From the NCBI GenBank assembly GCA_016935435.1, contig JAFGQZ010000060.1:31262-95261 (forward strand): a stretch of DNA of 64,000 nt, written 5' to 3'. Below the pieces are notes generated by a model that was not told the DNA's origin, ran no database searches, and saw nothing but the letters and a program-made list of their open reading frames with translations. Positions 1 to 9,037 of this stretch are shown here, in pieces. Origin of the DNA: Bacteroidales bacterium (lineage in GTDB: Bacteria > Bacteroidota > Bacteroidia > Bacteroidales > UBA10428). Position numbers and translations under genes: made by a program. Positions within the stretch are counted from its first letter, which is position 1. The number at the start of each line of letters is the position of its first letter.

Positions 1-168
1 TTCGACCTAACAATTAAGGGAATTGTACCTTTCGATGAGTCGCACCCACATTTTTGCAACCCGGTGTTTATCGATAAACTTATAGCTTTCTATCAGGCTA
101 ACGAAGATTACGAACTTTGCGATAAACTGAAAAAACTGGTAAAAAGGGAAATTCAGAAAACTATATAG
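1..168 (+). CDS. 3' end of a CDS entering from upstream of the window (hypothetical protein; C-terminus ...LIAFYQANEDYELCDKLKKLVKREIQKTI*)
   Basis: Frame +1 is open from base 1 to TAG at 166-168 and gives a normal charged C-terminus. It is absent from the ORF track because it has no start codon in the window. I prefer it to the antisense ORF 7..201, which is Phe-rich low complexity. Confidence 0.4.
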   Translation, partial: FDLTIKGIVPFDESHPHFCNPVFIDKLIAFYQANEDYELCDKLKKLVKREIQKTI

Positions 169-205
169 AATAGTTTGCGGCAGGCTAAAAATGTCGAACA
201 ACTAA

Positions 206-1039
206 TTACTTAGCGAGCTTAATGCCATTTTCGGTAATTACTATAGCCCCTTTGCGGTAAAGGTTGCCAATAACCATCTTAAAAGTTTTTTTGCTCATTC
301 CGAAAACCTGGTAAATCTCGTCGGCAATGCTTTTATCGCAATATGGAAGAAAGCCGTTGTTTTCTTTAAGTTTTGCAAGTATTACCGACGAAGCCTCGTT
401 CGATTTTCCCTGTCCTGGCTTGTGTAGGCTGAGGTCGATTTTGTCATCGTCGCGTACTTTCTTTATATAGCCAGTTAGGTTTTGCCCGTTTTGCAGCGGT
501 TGAAAAACTTCGTTGAGGTATAAAATGCCCGTATGCCTGTGGTTAATTATGGCTTTGTACCCTAAATCGGTTTTATGGTAAACAATTAGTGCAACTTCTT
601 GTCCAACTTCGTAAACAGGAGGGGTGTTGTCAAGAAACTTATCGATTTTTTCCGAGGCAACAATACGGTTGGTTTCTTTATCGAGATATACATACACAAG
701 ATATCGCTTGCCGGTTTCCATTTTATGGGTTTGTTCCCGATAGGGTACAAGAAGATCTTTGGGCAAGCCCCAGTTTAGAAAGGCGCCTGCTGTATTAACC
801 GCAACGACTTCCAGAACAGCACATTCGTTAATCTTAACAAATGGAATTTCGGTAGTGGCAATAAGCCTGTCGTCGGAGTCTTTGTATAAAAATACATCAA
901 TTAGCTGATCGGTTTCGCAGGTAGCAGGGACATATCTTTTGGGCATTAATATTTCGCCGTGTTCCCCGCCATCGAGATAAACCCCAAAGTCAACCTTTTT
1001 TACGATTTTTAGTGAGTTTATCTGCCCAATGATAGCCAT
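206..1039 (-). CDS. cvfB: CvfB/YitL-family S1 RNA-binding-domain protein
   Basis: 277 aa. N-terminal S1-like repeats (VDFGVYLDGG..., GAFLNWGLPKDLLVPY). The C-terminal winged-helix segment FGMSKKTFKMVIGNLYRKGAIVITENGIKL closely parallels the CvfB C-terminus as I recall it. Confidence 0.8.
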   Translation of the reverse strand: MAIIGQINSLKIVKKVDFGVYLDGGEHGEILMPKRYVPATCETDQLIDVFLYKDSDDRLIATTEIPFVKINECAVLEVVAVNTAGAFLNWGLPKDLLVPYREQTHKMETGKRYLVYVYLDKETNRIVASEKIDKFLDNTPPVYEVGQEVALIVYHKTDLGYKAIINHRHTGILYLNEVFQPLQNGQNLTGYIKKVRDDDKIDLSLHKPGQGKSNEASSVILAKLKENNGFLPYCDKSIADEIYQVFGMSKKTFKMVIGNLYRKGAIVITENGIKLAK

Positions 1040-1060
1040 TTTTAATATGTTTTATTATTC

Positions 1061-1187
1061 GAATGATGAAATTGAGAATTATTAATAGATCTAAACCCAA
1101 AACAAAAACTGGAAAAACTGTTCACTGTTCACTGTTCACTGTTCACATTAAACTTTAAACTTTAAACTTTAAACTTTAAACTTTAAA

Positions 1188-1190
<3 letters not shown>
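1061..1190. repeat. Composite simple-sequence element: GAATGA-like AT-rich module, (CTGTTCA)x4 at 1118-1145, (AAACTTT)x5 at 1150-1184 plus partial AAACTA
   Basis: Perfect tandem 7-mers read directly. The last partial unit contains the ABC-F stop codon (cta 1188-1190 = TAG on the minus strand). Confidence 0.95.
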
Positions 1191-2816
<1,626 letters not shown>

Positions 2817-2945
2817 TTAAAAGGGGTGCAAAGATAGGAATTTTATATTGATTATTAAGGTGCGGAGAGCTAAAGTTCAAAGTTTAAGGCTCTATGTTTT
2901 TTTTTCGGGTGGCTTTATAAAGATTAAAATCCAGAAGATTTAGTT

Positions 2946-3076
2946 GAATGCAGGAAATAAAATAATTAAGAATTACTGCTCACGGTTTGCTTTAAACATT
3001 GTAAAAGCAAGTAATAAGCTTAAACTTTAAACTTTAAACTTTAAACTTTGAACTTTAAACTTTGAACTTTAAACTA
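2946..3076. repeat. Composite simple-sequence element: degenerate GAATG/AT-rich and ACTGCTCAC modules, then 7 tandem AAACTTT/GAACTTT units (3022-3070) plus partial AAACTA
   Basis: Tandem 7-mers read directly. Same module order and same AAACTA terminal unit as the 1061-1190 element. It starts 19 bp downstream of the stop of the 3096..3278 ORF. Confidence 0.9.
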
Positions 3077-3095
3077 ACAACTGCTTGTTCTATTT

Positions 3096-3278
3096 TCAAA
3101 CTCCCAGGTTTTTAAGGGCTTCGTAAATTAAAATTGCCGGCCATACCAAGGCTTTGATTACGCCAATTACCCCTGTCCAGAAACTGGTTGCCTGTGAAAT
3201 GAAATAAACGGCTGCGCCAATAAGGCCTAAACCGTATAATGCACCTGCCGGAGCCGATGCGGGAACATCTTTTTTCAT
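3096..3278 (-). CDS. Small two-TM membrane protein (hypothetical)
   Basis: 60 aa with two clear hydrophobic helices (LYGLGLIGAAVYFI, GVIGVIKALVWPAILIY). No competing ORF. Confidence 0.55.
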   Translation of the reverse strand: MKKDVPASAPAGALYGLGLIGAAVYFISQATSFWTGVIGVIKALVWPAILIYEALKNLGV

Positions 3279-3345
3279 TAATGTAAAATTTGGTTAATTC
3301 TTTTACAATTTTAACAAATTACCGGTTAAGCATAAAGAAAAGTAT

Positions 3346-3394
3346 AAGAAAAATTAAAGCCCACTTTGCGAATAACATCAATGAGGGCTTTAAT
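3346..3394 (-). terminator. Possible intrinsic terminator downstream of the collagen-like gene
   Basis: 10-bp stem attaaagccc (3353-3362) / gggctttaat (3385-3394), followed on the minus strand by TTTTTCTT. The 22-nt loop is large, so confidence is limited. Confidence 0.35.
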
Positions 3395-3419
3395 TATAAA
3401 ATTCGAAGAAAAAATGGTT

Positions 3420-4328
3420 TTAGTTTTCTAAACCGAAATATTTCGATGTTTCCTGGTAATCCATCAGGTTAGGGGCAAAGTTCTCTTTTTGCTTATTGAT
3501 TGAAGCCGGGTTAAGTACCTCTCCGGGGATTAAAACATATCGAAAGTAATTACCACGCACGGCAGAGTACTGGTATTCTGTTAAATCGGTACCATCGGTT
3601 GAAACAAGGGTAATGTATATTTTCTGTGTAAATCCGGAAGAGGTGCCCCCAAAAGAATATTGGTACCAAACATTCGACCATCGGCCTGACCCCGGCATGG
3701 GGTATATTTGGCCGGTTCCGTATTGTTTCTGGTAAACAACAACCAGGCACCTGTCTCTTTGAACGTTATTCGATAGCTGGTTTACCGGAATGGACATACC
3801 TTTTAATGTGGCGTGGTTTTGTATGTTCCAGTCGGCGCCAATCCAGGCGGAATACATAACATTGGCGGTTCCTTTTAAATTAATAGGGACTCCCCAGCTG
3901 CTGCTGGTTTTTGGGCCATATAAATCGTAAGAAGAGGTATTCAAAAAATAATCACCCTCTTTCCCTGTAGAAAGTTCGGGAGCCGTAGTGCCTGCATATA
4001 TTGCTGAGCCATCAGTGCCTGCCTCCCCGGTGTCGCCTTTGTCGCCCTTGCTGCCTGTATTTCCTTTGAGTACAATAGGTACGCCCCAGCCCGTATCGTC
4101 GCTTTTGGGGCCATACAAATCGCCTGTTGTTTTGTTTAGGTAAAAATCGCCTGCAATGCCTGCATCATTGTCAGGGGCACCGTTTCCTGCATAAATTATG
4201 CTTCCGTTGTCGCCTGCCGGGCCCTGTTCGCCCTGAAGCCCCTGCGGGCCTTGTTCGCCATCTTTGGCACAAGTAGAGAAAAGCGCCACTAATGCCAGAA
4301 TGCTAAATAAAAAAAATACTTTTTTCAT
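3420..4328 (-). CDS. Collagen-like-repeat lipoprotein with an internally duplicated module
   Basis: 302 aa. Signal peptide ending LFSTC. Two runs of six G-X-Y triplets (GEQGPQGLQGEQGPAGDNG; GNTGSKGDKGDTGEAGTDG). Each run is followed by IYAG..AP...GD(F/Y)(Y/F)LN....DLYGPK....WGVPI.LKG. An approximately 150-aa C-terminal domain follows. Confidence 0.8.
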   Translation of the reverse strand: MKKVFFLFSILALVALFSTCAKDGEQGPQGLQGEQGPAGDNGSIIYAGNGAPDNDAGIAGDFYLNKTTGDLYGPKSDDTGWGVPIVLKGNTGSKGDKGDTGEAGTDGSAIYAGTTAPELSTGKEGDYFLNTSSYDLYGPKTSSSWGVPINLKGTANVMYSAWIGADWNIQNHATLKGMSIPVNQLSNNVQRDRCLVVVYQKQYGTGQIYPMPGSGRWSNVWYQYSFGGTSSGFTQKIYITLVSTDGTDLTEYQYSAVRGNYFRYVLIPGEVLNPASINKQKENFAPNLMDYQETSKYFGLEN

Positions 4329-4562
4329 GTTGTTTATGTTGGATTAAAGTTCTTAAATCCAAATGTCTGTTAATTTTTTGAGATCGTATAAAAAATGGGA
4401 TATGCAACAATATTTTGTGATATTATACGGCAATACTGTGACAAATAGAGAATTTCCTTAACTGTTACAATCCATTTAGGCGATTTTAATATTGTATGAA
4501 ACCGGTTTTTCAGTGGCACCCGGCTTTCTGGAGCTTATATCTGCATTAATAATTGCTTAATG

Positions 4563-5909
4563 TCAGTTTCCAAAGAGAAATTTTTCCGGGTTGGTAAAGA
4601 ATAAGTCTTTCTTGTTCTCTAATGCCCCGGTATGAATAAATGTATTAAGGTACTGGTTGTACGAACTTACTTTTGATGCATACATGTTTATTGAGAAATC
4701 GGAACCAAAAAGGACTTTACGAGAAAGGTTGTCCCCAGATGTTTTCAGTACATTATTGAGTTGTTTGTAATATGCATCGTTAGAGTCGTTGCACGATATG
4801 TCGGTATAAATATTTTCTGCTTTGGTTAAACCAATTATTGTTTTCTGCCAATCGGTTGCCCCGGTTTTCTGATGGCCGAAATGAGCAAGGCAGAGCGTAA
4901 GCTCTGGATATTTTTCGATTACTTTTTTCCAGCTCAAAGCCGGGTTTGTCAGCTTGTCAAAGTTACCCGATTTAAACCCGCCATCGCTGCAATGGGCTAT
5001 TATGGGAATTCGCCTGGCAATGCAATACTCATACAGAAATTCAACCTTTTCCCTTTCTTGCTGGTTTGATGTTTCGGGCAGGGGATCGAAACCAAGCTGT
5101 GGATAAACTTTTATGCCGGTGAAAATGTTTTTGTATATGCTTCCGTCGTCTTCGTACATTTTTCCATCGAAGCTGCCCATTTTGGCATACAACCTTTGCC
5201 GGCGGGTTTCCGGGCTCTCGCTGTTGCTGAATTCCGAGAAATATTTATCGAGCAGCCCGGTTTCTGAGGCAGTGCCTTTTAATTTATCCAGCGTATAGTT
5301 TTGGGTGTTTAGTCCCATAAACGGGTAAATCTCAAAGAGTTTATCCTGTTTTATTTCGTCGAGGGGCTTTTTTATTTCTTTAAGTTGAAGTTTTTGGGCA
5401 TAATCGCCGGGTGATAGTTCAAAACGGTAATAGGTGTTTATGGAAAGGAACAAATCGCCAATTTGTTTTGCTATTGGCTTTTGGGGCGCTTTGTTGTAAA
5501 ATACCCCCGACTGGTCGATGTTTTTGTACCCAAAGTCGATGCTAAGCGGACAAAGAACAATTTTATTGCAGGTTTCACCATCTACAACAAATTCGTTGTT
5601 TGTTTCAACTATTTTATCAAGGGGGTTGTCGGGCGACTTCAGAAAATAATCGACCAGTAAAAACTGGTATTCGATAGGTATTTCGTAAAACGACAAAGTG
5701 TTTTTTATATATAGGTTTTCTTCAATAATTTTTTTTAGCCCTTTTTTTATAAGCCCTGGCAATAAAAGGCCAACTGGCCCCAGCAACGAAATCTTGCGGA
5801 TTTTACGGTTGGGTATTTTATCGAATAAATCGTCGCGGAACAAAAACGAAACAAGGTTTGGGTGGCTAAGGTCGAAAGCATGCATGTGCATGTCGTAGAA
5901 TTTGCCCAT
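4563..5909 (-). CDS. Amidohydrolase-superfamily (TIM-barrel metallo-hydrolase) protein, no signal peptide
   Basis: 448 aa. N-terminal YDMHMHAF (HxH), then IIAHCSDGG, LAHFGH and FGSDFS, in the order expected for the metal ligands of Amidohydrolase_2-type folds. Confidence 0.72.
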   Translation of the reverse strand: MGKFYDMHMHAFDLSHPNLVSFLFRDDLFDKIPNRKIRKISLLGPVGLLLPGLIKKGLKKIIEENLYIKNTLSFYEIPIEYQFLLVDYFLKSPDNPLDKIVETNNEFVVDGETCNKIVLCPLSIDFGYKNIDQSGVFYNKAPQKPIAKQIGDLFLSINTYYRFELSPGDYAQKLQLKEIKKPLDEIKQDKLFEIYPFMGLNTQNYTLDKLKGTASETGLLDKYFSEFSNSESPETRRQRLYAKMGSFDGKMYEDDGSIYKNIFTGIKVYPQLGFDPLPETSNQQEREKVEFLYEYCIARRIPIIAHCSDGGFKSGNFDKLTNPALSWKKVIEKYPELTLCLAHFGHQKTGATDWQKTIIGLTKAENIYTDISCNDSNDAYYKQLNNVLKTSGDNLSRKVLFGSDFSINMYASKVSSYNQYLNTFIHTGALENKKDLFFTNPEKFLFGN

Positions 5910-6027
5910 GGGGTGTAGTTTTTACAGTTTTAACAAAAATAAACTTTTGAATGGCAGGTTTACCTAATATTTATGCACAGCGTAATAGCTATGTGCTTTA
6001 AAGTTTAAAGCAAAAGAAACAAAAAAA

Positions 6028-6864
6028 TCAGCTTATATGTGCGGGTTTAGTGTCGTCGAATTCATCGTTAAAGCTTGTATGGAACTCTTCGTTAAATTGC
6101 AGTTGCAGTTTGTCTTCGAGTATGTTTTTTATTTCTGAAATAATGTTGGTTTCGATGCCGGCTTTGATTAAGGCTGCTTTCGATTTTGCCCCCAGGTTGC
6201 CGTCGATGGGGCCGGGAGAATAGCCGAGCCTTATAAGTGCCGATTGTATGAAGGCTTCGGTATTTTTGGCCGCAAAACTATCGACCTTAACATCGATTGC
6301 CAGTATAGCGCTAACAGCCATAGCTGTGTATGGGGCCATGTTAGGCTGTGGAAGGGTTTTGTAATAATCGTAAACGGTCTGGTGGCTTCCACGGCAGTCG
6401 AAATGCCAGCATTCCGAAATTTTTTTGTCGGCCTTCGAAATAATGGGCACAACCCCGTATTTCTTTGCTATTTCCCAAAAATCGGCGAGGCTGATTTTTA
6501 TGGCGTTTACATCAATGTCCATAGCCCTGCCTGCCTCGTGCATGCTTCCACCCGGGGGCGGGCTGTAAGCTTTTTTCTTTTTCGAGGTGTAATCGAGGTG
6601 CGCCTGTAGTTGCATTTCGTAACTGCGGAACAAGTCGGAGAGAATGAGCCTGCCCCCCAGGTTCTTTACTTCGGCAGCAATGCCTTTTATAGCTATATGC
6701 ATATCGGGGGTGCAGCGGGCCATGCGCTTTGGCAATAATACATTCTGCTTGTTGACTTTATAAATTGAAGCGATCTGGATGTCGGTAAGTGGTGTTTTCA
6801 TGCTAAATGTTAAATAAGGGTGTTGGTATTTTAAGTTTGTTCCTAAATGGTTGATGCCCGACAT
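6028..6864 (-). CDS. Peptidase M15 (VanY/LD- or DD-carboxypeptidase-like) with C-terminal peptidoglycan-binding domain; no signal peptide
   Basis: 278 aa. Zinc motifs SMHEAGRAMDID (SxHxxGxAxD) and ECWHFD. PG_binding_1-like segment IQSALIRLGYSPGPIDGNLGAKSKAALIKAG. The start codon lies 1 nt after the upstream stop. Confidence 0.85.
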   Translation of the reverse strand: MSGINHLGTNLKYQHPYLTFSMKTPLTDIQIASIYKVNKQNVLLPKRMARCTPDMHIAIKGIAAEVKNLGGRLILSDLFRSYEMQLQAHLDYTSKKKKAYSPPPGGSMHEAGRAMDIDVNAIKISLADFWEIAKKYGVVPIISKADKKISECWHFDCRGSHQTVYDYYKTLPQPNMAPYTAMAVSAILAIDVKVDSFAAKNTEAFIQSALIRLGYSPGPIDGNLGAKSKAALIKAGIETNIISEIKNILEDKLQLQFNEEFHTSFNDEFDDTKPAHIS

Positions 6865-6865
6865 A

Positions 6866-7195
6866 TTACAGTAAGTTCCAACCGATTGCTGTGTTTACTG
6901 TGCCTTTTACTACATCTATGGCAGCATTTATGGCTTCTTCAACAGCCAAAAGCCCCAGTCCTTCAATGGTTAGAAGCACAATTTGAATGGAATTGCGTTG
7001 TATGTTTAAATGCAATTTTGCCTTTTCTTCGGTTATTTCGCCCCTGAGTTTTAAACTGGCAATTAACTGAATGTTTTGGGCAAAGGTTTTGAATTGTTGT
7101 TCGGCATAAGGCTTTGTTTCTTTCCAATGTTTTTTTAATACAGTTTTGGCTGCATTTAACATGTCGGCTGTAATTTTCTTTGTATTAAGTTCCAT
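6866..7195 (-). CDS. Hypothetical small helical protein
   Basis: 109 aa, tightly packed between neighbouring genes (19-bp and 1-bp gaps). Lys/Glu-rich helical composition. No recognisable motif. Confidence 0.6.
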   Translation of the reverse strand: MELNTKKITADMLNAAKTVLKKHWKETKPYAEQQFKTFAQNIQLIASLKLRGEITEEKAKLHLNIQRNSIQIVLLTIEGLGLLAVEEAINAAIDVVKGTVNTAIGWNLL

Positions 7196-7214
7196 AAAAT
7201 CTAATTGTTAAAAG

Positions 7215-7682
7215 TTAACCCTTTCCTCTTTTTAAACCCATCTGAAATTTTATGATAGCTGTAAACGACAATTCAAAAGCACTTTTCAGAGGTATTATTT
7301 CGGCTGTGGTACTAAAGCCCATTTTGTGCAGCTCTTCTAGATCCGATACATTTTTTTCAAGAAGGTCGAGCTGTTCAGTTACAATGGTGTTCTTGTCTAT
7401 TGCATTGGCGCGGACCCTAAGGGTGCGAAGCTCGCTTTTAGCTGCATCGTAAAATTCTATAAAATGGCTATAGTCGGCTTCGCTGGTTCCTATTGCCCTT
7501 TCCAGTTTCACAAAATGTCGGGCGAATTTATCTTGCAGTTCGGTAACTTTCTTGTCGGTTATATCATCGTAATCGCTTACCAACCGTATATTGCTGCAAC
7601 TTGTCAGAAACAATAGGGCAATGTTTGTTAAAACCAGAATTGGTATAATACGGCCTGGTTGGCTCGAAATTTTACTTTTCAT
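7215..7682 (-). CDS. Hypothetical lipoprotein
   Basis: 155 aa. Signal peptide with lipobox LFLTSC. The remainder is helical and coiled-coil-like. Confidence 0.7.
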   Translation of the reverse strand: MKSKISSQPGRIIPILVLTNIALLFLTSCSNIRLVSDYDDITDKKVTELQDKFARHFVKLERAIGTSEADYSHFIEFYDAAKSELRTLRVRANAIDKNTIVTEQLDLLEKNVSDLEELHKMGFSTTAEIIPLKSAFELSFTAIIKFQMGLKRGKG

Positions 7683-7700
7683 TGGTAGTTATTTTACGGT

Positions 7701-8744
7701 TTATTTGTTGGAAGTGGGTATTTCCTTTTTTTCCGCAGATTTTCCGATAGGAATTGAGCTGCGCAGTTTCATAAGTTTGTTTAACAGATCGAACCAGAAT
7801 GGGGCCCCCAGGCTTAGGGCTATGGCTGTTACCAGGCATCCAAGAAAGTTCTGTAAATCGCTGTAGAACCATTTAATCCGGTTTTTTCTTTCAAAACTTA
7901 ATATACTGCGGGGCTCCTGGGAGAGGGTGTACAGCGAATCCATTCTTTCCAGCAGCAGCTTTTGGGCATAAAATATGTTTAAAGCATTTTCATTGCCAAA
8001 GGTGTTACTGTCGTTTATGGTTTTTGTTCTTTGAAGGGTATCGTGCAATATACCGGGAGCTTTTGGCTGTTCGCTTTCGGAAAATATTGTCGATTGCATT
8101 AAATTGCCAGCAAGCTGCACATATTGTTCCCTTGCCACGGAGTCTTTCGACAGGGTACCAATTATCTGGAAACTGTCGATATTAAACAGCGTGGCTATGA
8201 GCAAAGAAAGCCCCAGGGTTACATAAGACATGTTCCTTTTATACCATCCGGAGCAGCGTTCCATGGTTGCATCGAACCATTGTTCCAACATGGTGGTAAA
8301 CTTTTCCATATCGCCGTTTGACTCTTCCAGCAGAAAAAGCAGGTGGCTGATAGTATCGCTTTGTTTGCCGCCGGAAATCGATTCGAGACTGGCTTTTATT
8401 GCACCGGCAGGGTTAATGCCAGAGGTTTTGCCTTCTTTAAGCATGTAAAGCAGCGCCTTTGAAAACAGTTCGGGCGGAATGTTCGATGGCAGCGAATTAT
8501 TGCCGAAAAATTTCATCAATTTTCCCCTTGAAAGATATTTGATGAGCGGGGCTTTATAAAACCCTTCAGAAAGCACAGGCGAGTTTTCATCGTCAAGCAT
8601 CCTGCCGATAGCCCTTTTCAGGTTTTTTGCCCGCATTTGAAATGTCATGGCAATAAATTCGCTTATTGTGGTTGCTAAAAGGCTATAAAGGCAGTAAACA
8701 AATATTAGCCCAATAGCTACATCTATGGCAATGTTTCCGGTCAT
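7701..8744 (-). CDS. Hypothetical membrane protein (N-terminal, central and C-terminal TM helices)
   Basis: 347 aa. TM segments IAIDVAIGLIFVYCLYSLLATTI, YVTLGLSLLIATLF and FLGCLVTAIALSLGAPFWF, followed by DLLNKLMKLR. First gene of the co-directional cluster. Confidence 0.75.
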   Translation of the reverse strand: MTGNIAIDVAIGLIFVYCLYSLLATTISEFIAMTFQMRAKNLKRAIGRMLDDENSPVLSEGFYKAPLIKYLSRGKLMKFFGNNSLPSNIPPELFSKALLYMLKEGKTSGINPAGAIKASLESISGGKQSDTISHLLFLLEESNGDMEKFTTMLEQWFDATMERCSGWYKRNMSYVTLGLSLLIATLFNIDSFQIIGTLSKDSVAREQYVQLAGNLMQSTIFSESEQPKAPGILHDTLQRTKTINDSNTFGNENALNIFYAQKLLLERMDSLYTLSQEPRSILSFERKNRIKWFYSDLQNFLGCLVTAIALSLGAPFWFDLLNKLMKLRSSIPIGKSAEKKEIPTSNK

Positions 8745-8768
8745 TTGGTTGGATTTTTATGAATAATT

Positions 8769-8800
8769 ACAGGTTATTTTAATTTACTTGCATAACCTGT
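8769..8800. promoter_or_regulatory. Perfect 9-bp inverted repeat ACAGGTTAT-N14-ATAACCTGT upstream of the 7701..8744 operon
   Basis: Read directly: acaggttat at 8769-8777 and ataacctgt at 8792-8800, 25-56 bp upstream of the ATG at 8744. It could be an operator or a 5'-UTR hairpin. Confidence 0.3.
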
Positions 8801-9037
8801 TGTTAATATACAATATTACTGTGGTAAAAGTCAAGTTTGTAAATTATTTTTTTTCACGGCGTGGTTCCATTTTTTTGTTTCAACATTATATTTGGTAAAT
8901 ACATTAACTTAGAAAAATATTTCATTAACATAAGCAAGCAAGTCTTGCTATATCTTTGAACTGGCAAAAAAAAACATAACAAACGGTGTTTTTTTTGTAA
9001 ATTATGCAGGAGAAAAACCGAAAAAAACAATAAAAAC

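Noticed and set aside
7-201. 64-aa minus-strand ORF at the left edge
   Set aside because: Phe-rich low complexity (FLNFPFYQFFQF), typical of the antisense of a Lys/Glu-rich coding frame. The + frame open from base 1 to 168 reads like a genuine protein C-terminus.
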